Origin: a virus
Taxonomy: Duplodnaviria > Caudoviricetes
DNA: 64,000 nt
Direction: 5' to 3' (one strand)
Virus record (IMG/VR): IMGVR_UViG_3300042451_000960
This document shows, piece after piece, positions 53,888 through 62,812 of the stretch (within the stretch, counting starts at the first letter, position 1; every line of letters begins with the position of its first letter). The notes under the pieces are model-generated. The model had not been told where the DNA came from, did not search any database, and worked only from the letters and a program-made list of their open reading frames with translations. The translations under genes were made by a program, and so were the position numbers.

Positions 53888-55489
53888 TTACAACCACTGT
53901 GTTAAGTCCTCAAAATTATCACCAATTCTCATTTTCCAAGGGTTATCATCCCTATCGGATGGTCCATAAACACCTTCGTATTGTTGATTTGATGAAATAC
54001 CACCCAAAGTTCTTTTTGTAAGGTCTATTCCTTCTTGTCTTAATCTAAGTGCCGTATCTCTTACCCACAACCCAATACAAAATGCCATCACCAAATCATC
54101 ATTATAACTTTTCATAGCCTCTGCTCTACCATTAATGAATATGAAAGTAAACAATTCATCTATCAAACGATTTGAACGAACTGTTACTGCTTTTTCCCTA
54201 AAGTATTCATCTAATTTAGATACAATCAAAGGTCTAGTTTTAGAAGTTGTTGAGAATCCAGCAACCATTTGTTTTTCGTCAGCTCTATATTTGTTTCTCA
54301 TTTGGTGTTCAACATCTACATACTTTAAATCCTTACTCATATAGAATAAGTTTTTATATTGTCTATCTATACATTGTTGAATACAAGCCCATCCAATATT
54401 TGCATTTTCTATTACTAATAATGCATCATTATATTCTGTTGAGAGATTGACTAAGAAGTTTCCAAAGTCTTTTGTATCAATTTTTCCTTTATATTCAGCA
54501 ACTTGTGTACAAGTTGTAATATCCATAACATGTGCGGCTGAATAGTCACTTCCATCTCCTCTCGCCACATCGGCTATCACCATATATGAACCATTTGCCA
54601 TTGGATATTCCCATCTCCAAAGGTTTCCATCAAATCCAGTCTTTTCAATTGGGTCTTGGCAAAATGTTTCTTTGTAAAACATCAATAGTTCAGGATCAAT
54701 AACAGTATCACCAGAAGATACGAAATCACAATCACATTCTTGAGCTGCTTTCTTTTGTCCTAATAGTTTTTCTTGTTCATCTCTCCATTGTTGTCCTCTT
54801 TCAGGATGAACTGTCCAATGCAATCTAATTGTATTGAATGGATTTTGTCCTTCCTCTGCACCTAACCAAGTTTTGTGAAACCAGTTACCCACACCATTAG
54901 GAGTAGAAAGTGCAATACAACTACCACCCGTTGATAAGGTAGATTGAGCTGCCACCCAAATCTCATCAATATCATCAATAAAAGCAGCCTCATCAAATAT
55001 AAGAAGTGATAGGGCTTCGGAACGTCCTGCATCCGGAGAACTAGCAATAGCCTTAATTTGAGAACCATTGTGTAAACGAAGGGAAAGTTTATTATCTTCC
55101 AAAGAACCACCCTTCAACCAAGAAGGAAGTAATTCATGCATCACCCTTACTTTAGTTACTAAGTTTTTTGCTACATCTTGCTTTGTTGCAATAACCAATA
55201 CATTGAAATCCGAATTGAATAACATTTTCCAAAGTGCATAACCAGCTGATAGCGTTGAGATACCAGTTTGACGTGATTTCAATACTATATTAAAACGATT
55301 ATTTGCAAATTGAGTTAATGTTTTTTCCTGAAATGGGAAAAGGTGAAAAGGTATTTTACCTCTCACCGGATGCTGAATCATACAATATTTTTTCATAAAG
55401 TGTATAGGGTCACTAGCACACTTTTTGTATTCTTCTGCAATAATCTCTTTTAAAGATTTCTTTTGTGTTATACCTAAATTTTGAGCCAT
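53888..55489 (-). CDS. terL: Terminase large subunit
   Basis: KSRQTGIST Walker A, LIFDEAAF Walker B, STPNG, IADVARGDG.DYS and NDDLVMA nuclease motifs. Confidence 0.97.
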   Translation of the reverse strand: MAQNLGITQKKSLKEIIAEEYKKCASDPIHFMKKYCMIQHPVRGKIPFHLFPFQEKTLTQFANNRFNIVLKSRQTGISTLSAGYALWKMLFNSDFNVLVIATKQDVAKNLVTKVRVMHELLPSWLKGGSLEDNKLSLRLHNGSQIKAIASSPDAGRSEALSLLIFDEAAFIDDIDEIWVAAQSTLSTGGSCIALSTPNGVGNWFHKTWLGAEEGQNPFNTIRLHWTVHPERGQQWRDEQEKLLGQKKAAQECDCDFVSSGDTVIDPELLMFYKETFCQDPIEKTGFDGNLWRWEYPMANGSYMVIADVARGDGSDYSAAHVMDITTCTQVAEYKGKIDTKDFGNFLVNLSTEYNDALLVIENANIGWACIQQCIDRQYKNLFYMSKDLKYVDVEHQMRNKYRADEKQMVAGFSTTSKTRPLIVSKLDEYFREKAVTVRSNRLIDELFTFIFINGRAEAMKSYNDDLVMAFCIGLWVRDTALRLRQEGIDLTKRTLGGISSNQQYEGVYGPSDRDDNPWKMRIGDNFEDLTQWL

Positions 55490-56172
55490 TAATCAATTGG
55501 TGGTTTAACTAAATCGTAATTTTTATCTTTAAGTTTTTCCCAAGCCTCATTTCTTAGTTTTTTTGCCTGTTGTATTTCTTCTTCAAATCGTGTAATATCA
55601 GCAAGTATTTCTGCCTTTAATTCATTTACATCTCTTTCCATACTCCACTTTTCAAGCGTACCATCTTCTTGCACAACTTCATAATCTTGCTTAGCATCAT
55701 TGTACGCTTGTTGAAATTGTGATACTACATCTTTACCATACGAAATCATATTATTGTATATTTTATAATCTTCATATGCTTCCCACAACCCATCTAATTT
55801 AATTGTTAATTCTTTTTTTGCTAAACAAGTTGCACAATATCCAGTTTTTGAGATGAGTTTTTTATCAGCTCTACTTAATTTAATTGTATTACAAGCATCA
55901 CCCTTGCAACTATTTAATGCAGCTAGGTAAGCTCGTGTCTCAGCCATTATATCACCCAATTCGGATACTTCTACTTTACCAGCAGCATGTTGCTCCCAAG
56001 ACTTTCCGTTTTCATCAGTCCATCTTTCACCAACCTCACGTTTTACATTTTGTTTATCTGCCCCGGCGAATGATATTTGTGTATTTTTTTCATAATCACC
56101 GCCTGTTAAAACCATATTTACCAACTTTCGGCGGGTTGGATGCATGTACTTTTTTTGAAATTCCTTTGCCAT
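55489..56172 (-). CDS. Hypothetical protein with Cys cluster, coupled to terL
   Basis: C-x4-C...C-x2-C plus coiled-coil C-terminus; TAATG overlap with terminase. Confidence 0.75.
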   Translation of the reverse strand: MAKEFQKKYMHPTRRKLVNMVLTGGDYEKNTQISFAGADKQNVKREVGERWTDENGKSWEQHAAGKVEVSELGDIMAETRAYLAALNSCKGDACNTIKLSRADKKLISKTGYCATCLAKKELTIKLDGLWEAYEDYKIYNNMISYGKDVVSQFQQAYNDAKQDYEVVQEDGTLEKWSMERDVNELKAEILADITRFEEEIQQAKKLRNEAWEKLKDKNYDLVKPPID

Positions 56173-56190
56173 ATTAGTTTTGATATATTC

Positions 56191-56206
56191 GTATATATAA
56201 GTATAT
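56191..56206 (-). promoter_or_regulatory. ATATACTTATATATAC promoter-like 16-mer
   Basis: Identical 16-mer also at 59038..59053; both lie ~20 nt upstream of a start codon. Confidence 0.55.
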
Positions 56207-56224
56207 CAAAATTAAATAAAACGA

Positions 56225-58573
56225 TTATCTTCCGTACTTAAAGATACCCAATATTTGATTTAATGGTGCAAATGCTCCAGTCAATTTATAGGTATTTCCC
56301 CCATAAACGAAAACAATACCCTCATTTGGAACAATTTTATCAAATCCACCTAAAGAATTTAAGCGGCTTAATTCAATTTTTAATTTATCAATTTGTTGTG
56401 GATTTCCAGAAGCTTTTATTTGCTTAATTGCAGTTCCCAATTCTTTTCTTAATTGTTTGGTTGCATCCGAAGGATTGGCGGTAAGTACAGATTCCATAAA
56501 TGATAATACATCAGCACCAACACCTAAAAAGATTTGTTCAAACTTCATTATGTTTTCTTTCATAATCTTTTGCTGGTCTTGCTTATCAGTTTTATCCGCC
56601 CATGCTTTTATCTTCTGGTCTTGTATTTGATTTATACGCATTGATTTATCACCAAAAGCCCATCTTTTAACCAACCCTATTTTTGAATTTATGTCTAATT
56701 TTTTTGCATTCTTTTCAACATAATTTTGCCACCAAGCCTGATGGTAATCTGCTACTCCAGCTGAATCAGAAAGTTTAAATTCGTTTTGCAATTTATTAAC
56801 CATTGATATATACTTTCCTTGTAATTTAGAAAGTTCTTGAGATTTTGGTAATGATTGTATTGGGGGTCCCTGAATTGTGTATGTATTTTGTACATGCTTA
56901 TTAACTTGCTTAATCATACCAGCTAAGATAGATGCCGCCTGTTGGTTCTCTCCGATTACTTCACCTTCTTTATTATATTCAAAAGTTCCGTGAAATACTA
57001 AAATGTTTTGTCCATATGGTATTACGTTTGAATTCTTTGGATATATTACTTCCAAATTCATAAAACATGCACCATCTTTAAATATCTTCTTACGTTGTGG
57101 TTCAGTTAATCCTGCTATTGCTTTTGAAAGGTCATTCATAGCAAATGTATAAGCATCTGTAAGAGCACCTCTACCAGCAAATTGTTTTGCAACCTGCCCT
57201 ATAGTCATTGCACCTTCACCTTTATTTTTTGTATGAGATTTATTTCTTGCGGCAACCAATCTACCATTTACCCAACTAATTGCCAATGCCTGTCCATCAG
57301 TTTTTTCTCTTGCTAATTCCAAATCACCATTAAGAGCTTTAGTTACAATATTTTTAAGGTCACCAAATGTAAGATTCATCTGAATGTCAAATGGGTGATT
57401 CATATGTCCATATGCTCCACCTTCTAAAAGTAAACCTTCACTTAGTGGGGTTTCAATCTTTGATAATTTACTATAATAATTTGGGTCTTCGTATAAATGG
57501 TCTAATGCTATTTCTTTTGCAACATTTACATCGGTTGTATGCTCTCTTTCTACTGCATATCCTTTTATAAATTCGTTCTTTAAAGTCTGCTGACTAACTT
57601 TATGGTGTTTAGCTATATCCGATAGTGTCATACCTTCGGCTTTTCCACCTGGTATTTTATCTTCTTTTACTTTAGTGTATTCCTCACTACCATCTTTATC
57701 CAATTTAGATTTTAATTTCTTAACATCTTTTGGATTTGGTGCTCCATTAATATATCCACCAGTCAAAGATAATCCAACACCAGCACCACCACCTAGTCCT
57801 TCTTTAATATCTTTCTTAGGAATTCTAAATGTTACGGCTTTCTTACCATTGATTGTTGGCATTCCCCATTCATCTTTTCCGATAGATTTAACAAAAACTT
57901 TTTTGTTTTTAAATTTACCCATTAAGATTTGGTCACCAATCTTAACATTTAATTTAATTTCTTCGTTAATATATTCTTTAAGAGATTTAAGTTTGAGAGT
58001 AATCATTTTGAATATTTGCTCATCAAACTTTGGATATGCTTTCATAAAACCTTTCTTTCTATCCGCTTCACTACCAGCACTTAACCAATAACGAACATCA
58101 GTTCCACTTATAGGATTTGATTGAGCAGGTGCTATATAAACGTACCCCCTATCCAAATATCCAGTATCTACTTTACCTTTATATGGTTTGAAGTATTTAC
58201 CACTTAGACGTGAAGAATCTTTTTCACCAACTGCTGTTATAAATGCAGTAGTATCTGAATCAAATTTATTGAGTATTTCTTGTGGAGCGTATGGGTTTTT
58301 AATACTGACTATTTTGTTTGATGGAATACCAAACATCTTTGTCATTATTACTTTCTTTTCCTTAAACCCGAATGGAGATTTCTTTGAATCGGTTACATCG
58401 GAAGTTCCTACATAAACATTATCCCTTCCAAACTTCTTAACCAAATGGTCATACGTTGCGTAGTGACCCTTATGAAAAGGTTGAAAGCGGCCCGAATAGA
58501 CAACTATTGTTTTGTCTATCTGAGCCGCTTCACCTAATATGCTTTCTATTAAAAATTGTGCTAATCTGTTCAT
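56225..58573 (-). CDS. 782-aa multidomain protein: HIGH-family nucleotidyltransferase, small SH3/KOW-like module, DUF5661-like module and ligase-like KxDG domain
   Basis: YSGRFQPFHKGH (HIGH-type). VEREHT...A.EIALDHL.E.P.YY.KL. EKTDG, RN, LE, EGIVF and YKL motifs of covalent nucleotidyltransferases. Confidence 0.8.
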   Translation of the reverse strand: MNRLAQFLIESILGEAAQIDKTIVVYSGRFQPFHKGHYATYDHLVKKFGRDNVYVGTSDVTDSKKSPFGFKEKKVIMTKMFGIPSNKIVSIKNPYAPQEILNKFDSDTTAFITAVGEKDSSRLSGKYFKPYKGKVDTGYLDRGYVYIAPAQSNPISGTDVRYWLSAGSEADRKKGFMKAYPKFDEQIFKMITLKLKSLKEYINEEIKLNVKIGDQILMGKFKNKKVFVKSIGKDEWGMPTINGKKAVTFRIPKKDIKEGLGGGAGVGLSLTGGYINGAPNPKDVKKLKSKLDKDGSEEYTKVKEDKIPGGKAEGMTLSDIAKHHKVSQQTLKNEFIKGYAVEREHTTDVNVAKEIALDHLYEDPNYYSKLSKIETPLSEGLLLEGGAYGHMNHPFDIQMNLTFGDLKNIVTKALNGDLELAREKTDGQALAISWVNGRLVAARNKSHTKNKGEGAMTIGQVAKQFAGRGALTDAYTFAMNDLSKAIAGLTEPQRKKIFKDGACFMNLEVIYPKNSNVIPYGQNILVFHGTFEYNKEGEVIGENQQAASILAGMIKQVNKHVQNTYTIQGPPIQSLPKSQELSKLQGKYISMVNKLQNEFKLSDSAGVADYHQAWWQNYVEKNAKKLDINSKIGLVKRWAFGDKSMRINQIQDQKIKAWADKTDKQDQQKIMKENIMKFEQIFLGVGADVLSFMESVLTANPSDATKQLRKELGTAIKQIKASGNPQQIDKLKIELSRLNSLGGFDKIVPNEGIVFVYGGNTYKLTGAFAPLNQILGIFKYGR

Positions 58574-58588
58574 ATAGTTATTATACTA

Positions 58589-58597
58589 TATAAATAT
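58589..58597 (-). promoter_or_regulatory. ATATTTATA putative late-promoter motif
   Basis: Exact 9-mer 16 nt upstream of the 58573 start. Confidence 0.6.
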
Positions 58598-58613
58598 TGA
58601 AGATTAACATTTA

Positions 58614-59018
58614 TTAATTTCCATCAATTTTTACTTCACCTTCAGATGGTGCTTGTGGAGCTAATTGTTGTTTTTGCATTTCTGCAATTTGTTTTCTTGA
58701 AAGAGTTCCAGGTTGATATTGGATAGTTCCTTCCATAAGGTTCAAACGTCCTCCAGGATACCTATCATCCAAATCATCCATCATTTTTTTGAATTCATCA
58801 TTTTTTTGTTTGAATTCTTCTTCAATTCTTATAACAGTTTCATCAAGTTTTCTCGATTCTTCCATTAAATCTTTTCTTCTTAAATAAAGATTTCCAAAAT
58901 CAGTTACATAATTACCCAACATAGTGTTAAGGTTTTTAACTGAATTTAAAGTTTCTTCATCAAGTTTTACTGTTTCGATTTCAATTGTTGTTTTTGTAGG
59001 AATGTTATCTAATGACAT
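58614..59018 (-). CDS. Coiled-coil hypothetical protein (paralogue of 62813..63070)
   Basis: Long heptad helix, then LDDRYPGGRLNLMEGTI. Confidence 0.75.
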   Translation of the reverse strand: MSLDNIPTKTTIEIETVKLDEETLNSVKNLNTMLGNYVTDFGNLYLRRKDLMEESRKLDETVIRIEEEFKQKNDEFKKMMDDLDDRYPGGRLNLMEGTIQYQPGTLSRKQIAEMQKQQLAPQAPSEGEVKIDGN

Positions 59019-59052
59019 AATTTATGTTTTTTTGTTTGTATATATAAGTATA

Positions 59053-59442
59053 TTACTTTTTATTTTTTAAAATCTTAGATGTACTAAAGCCTGGTATTTT
59101 GTTGAAATATTCAATTTTTGGTACAAATTCTGCGCCTATTATTTGTTCATAACTATAATCGTTTCCAATTACCATAATATCAGGTCCCCATTCTTTTATT
59201 CTTTCGATTAATTCATCATCAGAATCAAAAGAGACCACAGAGTCAACACCATTGATAGCGGATAGAAACTCCATACGGTCAGCCAACGTATTGAACGGCC
59301 TTCCCACTCCTTTTTTTGAACGAACTCTTTCATCCGTATCAATCCCCATTCGTAAGGTGCCCAATGATGCACCATGTAACATAAGTCTGATGTGGCCAAT
59401 GTGCAAAACATCAAAAGTTCCATTTATCCAAATTTTTTTCAT
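59053..59442 (-). CDS. hldC: Heptose-1-phosphate adenylyltransferase-like (RfaE domain II / HldC family)
   Basis: GTFDVLHIGH, G.D.DE.V...KG..RP.N...R...L, PD..V.G.DY and GFSTS.I motifs. Glycerol-3-P cytidylyltransferase is the related alternative. Confidence 0.75.
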   Translation of the reverse strand: MKKIWINGTFDVLHIGHIRLMLHGASLGTLRMGIDTDERVRSKKGVGRPFNTLADRMEFLSAINGVDSVVSFDSDDELIERIKEWGPDIMVIGNDYSYEQIIGAEFVPKIEYFNKIPGFSTSKILKNKK

Positions 59443-60599
59443 TATAAGAATTTCTCTAATTCTTTAATTACCATATCAGATGTAATTAATTTAGTACATT
59501 CAAATTGTCTTTCAGTACCTTTGTGGTCTGGGCACCAATTCCAATCACCAGCATCTAAACGTATTCTATTGAAACATCCTTCACATTTCCCTTCCGGAGA
59601 ACCTATTCTAACACAATCTTTCATTTCTGCCCATTTATAAGAAAAACCACTAATTAAGACTGTAGGTACATCTAATGCCCAACTTAACCAACTTAACCCA
59701 CTACCAATTCCAATAAATGCTTTTGATTTTAATAATTCATCCATAACTAATTCAATTGGACCATCGGGGTGTTTGATAACTCCATTTGGAATTTTATTTC
59801 CCATATAATCATCACCTTCTTTGGATATAATTCTAACAACATACCCTCTTTCGTTTAACCAATCAACAACTTCTTGCCAACCTGTTGGATTATTCCAAAA
59901 CTTAGATTGTGCAGTACCAAACATACCAATACAAACTTGTTTTAAATTATAATCTTTTGTTATGTATCTTTCTTTTATTTTAGGTTTAATTTCTTCATAT
60001 TCTAATCCTAATATATCAGAACACATTTTTTGTAAAGTTGAACTTTTTGGGTCATTTGGATTTTTAAAAATGTTATGTGAATTATCTTCATTATAAAATA
60101 ACCCAACACAATACATAGCGTATAAATTTTCAACATTTGTACCCGGCTGTACGAATTCAATATGTGGATACCCATTTTCAAACATATCATTCATAAAAGT
60201 TGAAACAACAACTTTACATTTATGTTTTTTTCTGAATTCCTCTACATAAGCAAACCAAGCTAAAGAATCCCCAAGAGCTTTTGAATCTAATGCTATATAA
60301 ACTCTTTTTTCTTCTGCATTAAAATAATGTGTATGGAAATGATTATCGTTTTCATATATTTCTATACGCCAATCAATAAAATATTCTATACTACATCTAG
60401 ACCACATATTGTTTTCTATTTCAGAAGAAAATACAATTTTATCAGAATTATTATCAATAAAATTAATTTTATATTTTGCTTTTTTTGGTCCTTTTATTTC
60501 AACAAAAGGTCCTTTAACAAAATGAATTAATACTTTGTTTTTTATTTCAACAATATTATTGTGATTCTTTTTTAAATTATCGTAAATCATTAATCCCAA
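59442..60599 (-). CDS. tibC: Aah/TibC-type protein O-heptosyltransferase
   Basis: N-terminal beta domain; ALGDSLAW (catalytic Asp position); QSKFWNNPTGW..V..WL; FIGIGSGLSWL.WA; four-Cys C-x2-C...WCP...RQFEC.K.IT iron-site pattern. Confidence 0.88.
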   Translation of the reverse strand: MGLMIYDNLKKNHNNIVEIKNKVLIHFVKGPFVEIKGPKKAKYKINFIDNNSDKIVFSSEIENNMWSRCSIEYFIDWRIEIYENDNHFHTHYFNAEEKRVYIALDSKALGDSLAWFAYVEEFRKKHKCKVVVSTFMNDMFENGYPHIEFVQPGTNVENLYAMYCVGLFYNEDNSHNIFKNPNDPKSSTLQKMCSDILGLEYEEIKPKIKERYITKDYNLKQVCIGMFGTAQSKFWNNPTGWQEVVDWLNERGYVVRIISKEGDDYMGNKIPNGVIKHPDGPIELVMDELLKSKAFIGIGSGLSWLSWALDVPTVLISGFSYKWAEMKDCVRIGSPEGKCEGCFNRIRLDAGDWNWCPDHKGTERQFECTKLITSDMVIKELEKFL

Positions 60600-62770
60600 G
60601 TTTTTATAGTTTCATCCAATAAAGAATATCCTTCTGCTTGTTTGGAGTACATTTTATTAGTAGTATATCTAGGTTTTGGATGGTGATAAAATATATGATT
60701 AAACCAAAGGTCGCCCACATCCCATTCACAATCTTTTATTCTATCCATCCACCAGCTTTTGTTTCTATTTGGAATTAAATAAGCGTGTGCAAGGTCTTGA
60801 TTGTGTCCTGTTTTTGTAAACAAATCATCAATTCTATATTTTTCTCGTGATGGGTTATCTGCCAATCCTATAAAATATACATCATCTCTTTCTGAAATAA
60901 AACAGGCTTTATGAACTATGTTTACAAATTCTTCTAACCCTGTGTAAATAAATGCATCGGCTTCAAATATTAAAGTATAATCGTAATTCGTATCATCTAT
61001 TGTTTCTATAGCGTTTCTATGTGCTAAATAACAACCATAATGTCTACCAGTTATCCAACCCAAACCAGCACCAGGATATAATTCACCAGGTTTATTATCT
61101 TTACTTAAATGCTCAGGTCTTCTACAATGTTCTGCCGGCGGTAACCCTTCATAAACCTTATTAACAATTGGTTGATAATCAATTCCATATTGACGTAATT
61201 GTTTTAAAGATTGAATAGATACTCTTTCACGCATATCATCCGGTCTTGTCAACATATGTTTTATTTGAATACGTGGTTTTTTACGAACAAAAGATAAAAA
61301 ATCTTTTTGAATCTGTCCATAAAAAAAGTGATTAGCTGCATCTGTTACTCCACTAAAAACTCCAAAATCATCTCCACTAATAATTCCACCAGGTTTTACT
61401 TTATGATACCATCTATCTAACTCACCTAATACAAAATCTCTACTATGCCCACCATCAATCATTATATAATCAATAGAATTATTTTGAAATAGTTTAGAAG
61501 CATTTTCTGATGTATCTTTTATAGTATTAAACGCTTCATAATTATTTGAAATAACTGTGTTATCAACGAATTCATAAAATATATCTCCATTGAAAGACCC
61601 TACAATATCTATGTGTAATTCTTCATCTCCAGTTCCTTTAAATGTATCTATTGTTGTAAATGAAATATTCTTTTTAGAATCTCTAATTTTTTTTGCTAAA
61701 TAATTTGTAGATTTTCCAAACCAAGAACCAACCTCAACAAATGTAGAATTAAAAGGTGCAGTTTCTACCATTCTATCATATAAATTTTCATATGAAAACC
61801 AACCAGGTATTTCGTAAAATTCAGGTTTTAATTTTTGAAGTAATAATTGTTTTGTTTTTTTAGTATCATCATCAATATATGTTACTAAATTATTGTTATC
61901 ATATGTATCCAAAAAAGTATGCAATCTTCTAAATAAGCATGGGAGCTTGTAAGAAAGAGCTTCCTTTACCGATAATGGATTTAACTCTAATATTGATGAA
62001 AAATAAAACAAATCAGATGCTGCATAAAATGTATCAACATCATTTCGCTCTCCCCATATAACACAATTATCAGGTTTATGTTTCATTAGTGGCAACCAGT
62101 AATTTTCAAAGTTCATAGCTTGGTTTCCAACAAAATGAAATTTAATTTTATATTTTTCCAATTGCCTTGCTACTGAAAATATTTCTTTTTGATTTTTGCC
62201 CGGTGAAAATAATCCAACATTTAAAATATGCTTCCAAGTTGGGTCAAATCCTAATTTTTTTTGCGCTTCTTCTTTATCAAAATTATATTCTTCAATGGGA
62301 TATTCCCAAAGTTGAGTTTCAACTCCTAAATTAGCATCATCAAATTTTTGTTTACTCCACTCAGATACCAAAACATATCTATCTGGATGATGTGTAATAT
62401 CTAATGGATTTGTAAATGAACCATGTGTTGTTGCTACGATAAAATATTTTCTTTTGTTATCAAATATTTTATCTAATATTTCATTTGATAAATCAAATTG
62501 TGGGATTTCTTGAAAATGAATTATATCAGGTTTGTAGTCTTTAATTATATCAAGTATTTTAGATTTATCCTCACCTAAAGTATGTACAATAGCTAAAGAT
62601 TTAATTCTATTTTTTTGAACTACAAACGCATCACCACCACTATTGTTTATTTCAACAACTTCAATATTAAAATCATTTAAAAAATGCTTTACTTGCTTAT
62701 ATGTATATTGTGGTTGTCCGCCTGTTGAAAGGTGTGGACATACATAAAGTAACTTTTTTCTATTTTTCAT
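60590..62770 (-). CDS. Trifunctional GT4 glycosyltransferase / class I SAM methyltransferase / GT25-like protein
   Basis: PHLSTGG..., NVGLF.P.KNQ and ELNPLSVKEAL (GT-B). FVEVGSWFGKS...IDGGH...KPGG.ISGDDF (Methyltransf_24-like). GCYLAH...LIFEADA (GT25-like). Confidence 0.85.
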   Translation of the reverse strand: MKNRKKLLYVCPHLSTGGQPQYTYKQVKHFLNDFNIEVVEINNSGGDAFVVQKNRIKSLAIVHTLGEDKSKILDIIKDYKPDIIHFQEIPQFDLSNEILDKIFDNKRKYFIVATTHGSFTNPLDITHHPDRYVLVSEWSKQKFDDANLGVETQLWEYPIEEYNFDKEEAQKKLGFDPTWKHILNVGLFSPGKNQKEIFSVARQLEKYKIKFHFVGNQAMNFENYWLPLMKHKPDNCVIWGERNDVDTFYAASDLFYFSSILELNPLSVKEALSYKLPCLFRRLHTFLDTYDNNNLVTYIDDDTKKTKQLLLQKLKPEFYEIPGWFSYENLYDRMVETAPFNSTFVEVGSWFGKSTNYLAKKIRDSKKNISFTTIDTFKGTGDEELHIDIVGSFNGDIFYEFVDNTVISNNYEAFNTIKDTSENASKLFQNNSIDYIMIDGGHSRDFVLGELDRWYHKVKPGGIISGDDFGVFSGVTDAANHFFYGQIQKDFLSFVRKKPRIQIKHMLTRPDDMRERVSIQSLKQLRQYGIDYQPIVNKVYEGLPPAEHCRRPEHLSKDNKPGELYPGAGLGWITGRHYGCYLAHRNAIETIDDTNYDYTLIFEADAFIYTGLEEFVNIVHKACFISERDDVYFIGLADNPSREKYRIDDLFTKTGHNQDLAHAYLIPNRNKSWWMDRIKDCEWDVGDLWFNHIFYHHPKPRYTTNKMYSKQAEGYSLLDETIKTWD

Positions 62771-62780
62771 AACTTATTTA

Positions 62781-62812
62781 CAAATATACGATTTTTTTTT
62801 GGAATTTCCAAA
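62781..62812 (-). promoter_or_regulatory. Bacteroidota-type primary-sigma promoter for the glycosylation cassette
   Basis: Minus strand TTTG (62809..62812), 20-nt spacer, TATATTTG (62781..62788); matches the TTTG-N19-21-TAnnTTTG consensus. Confidence 0.75.

Noticed and set aside
14343-58597. Plus-strand TATAAATA boxes driving T4-type antisense transcripts
   Set aside because: No credible plus-strand genes follow them, and their consistent distance upstream of minus-strand starts fits sense-strand use better. Antisense RNA is not formally excluded.
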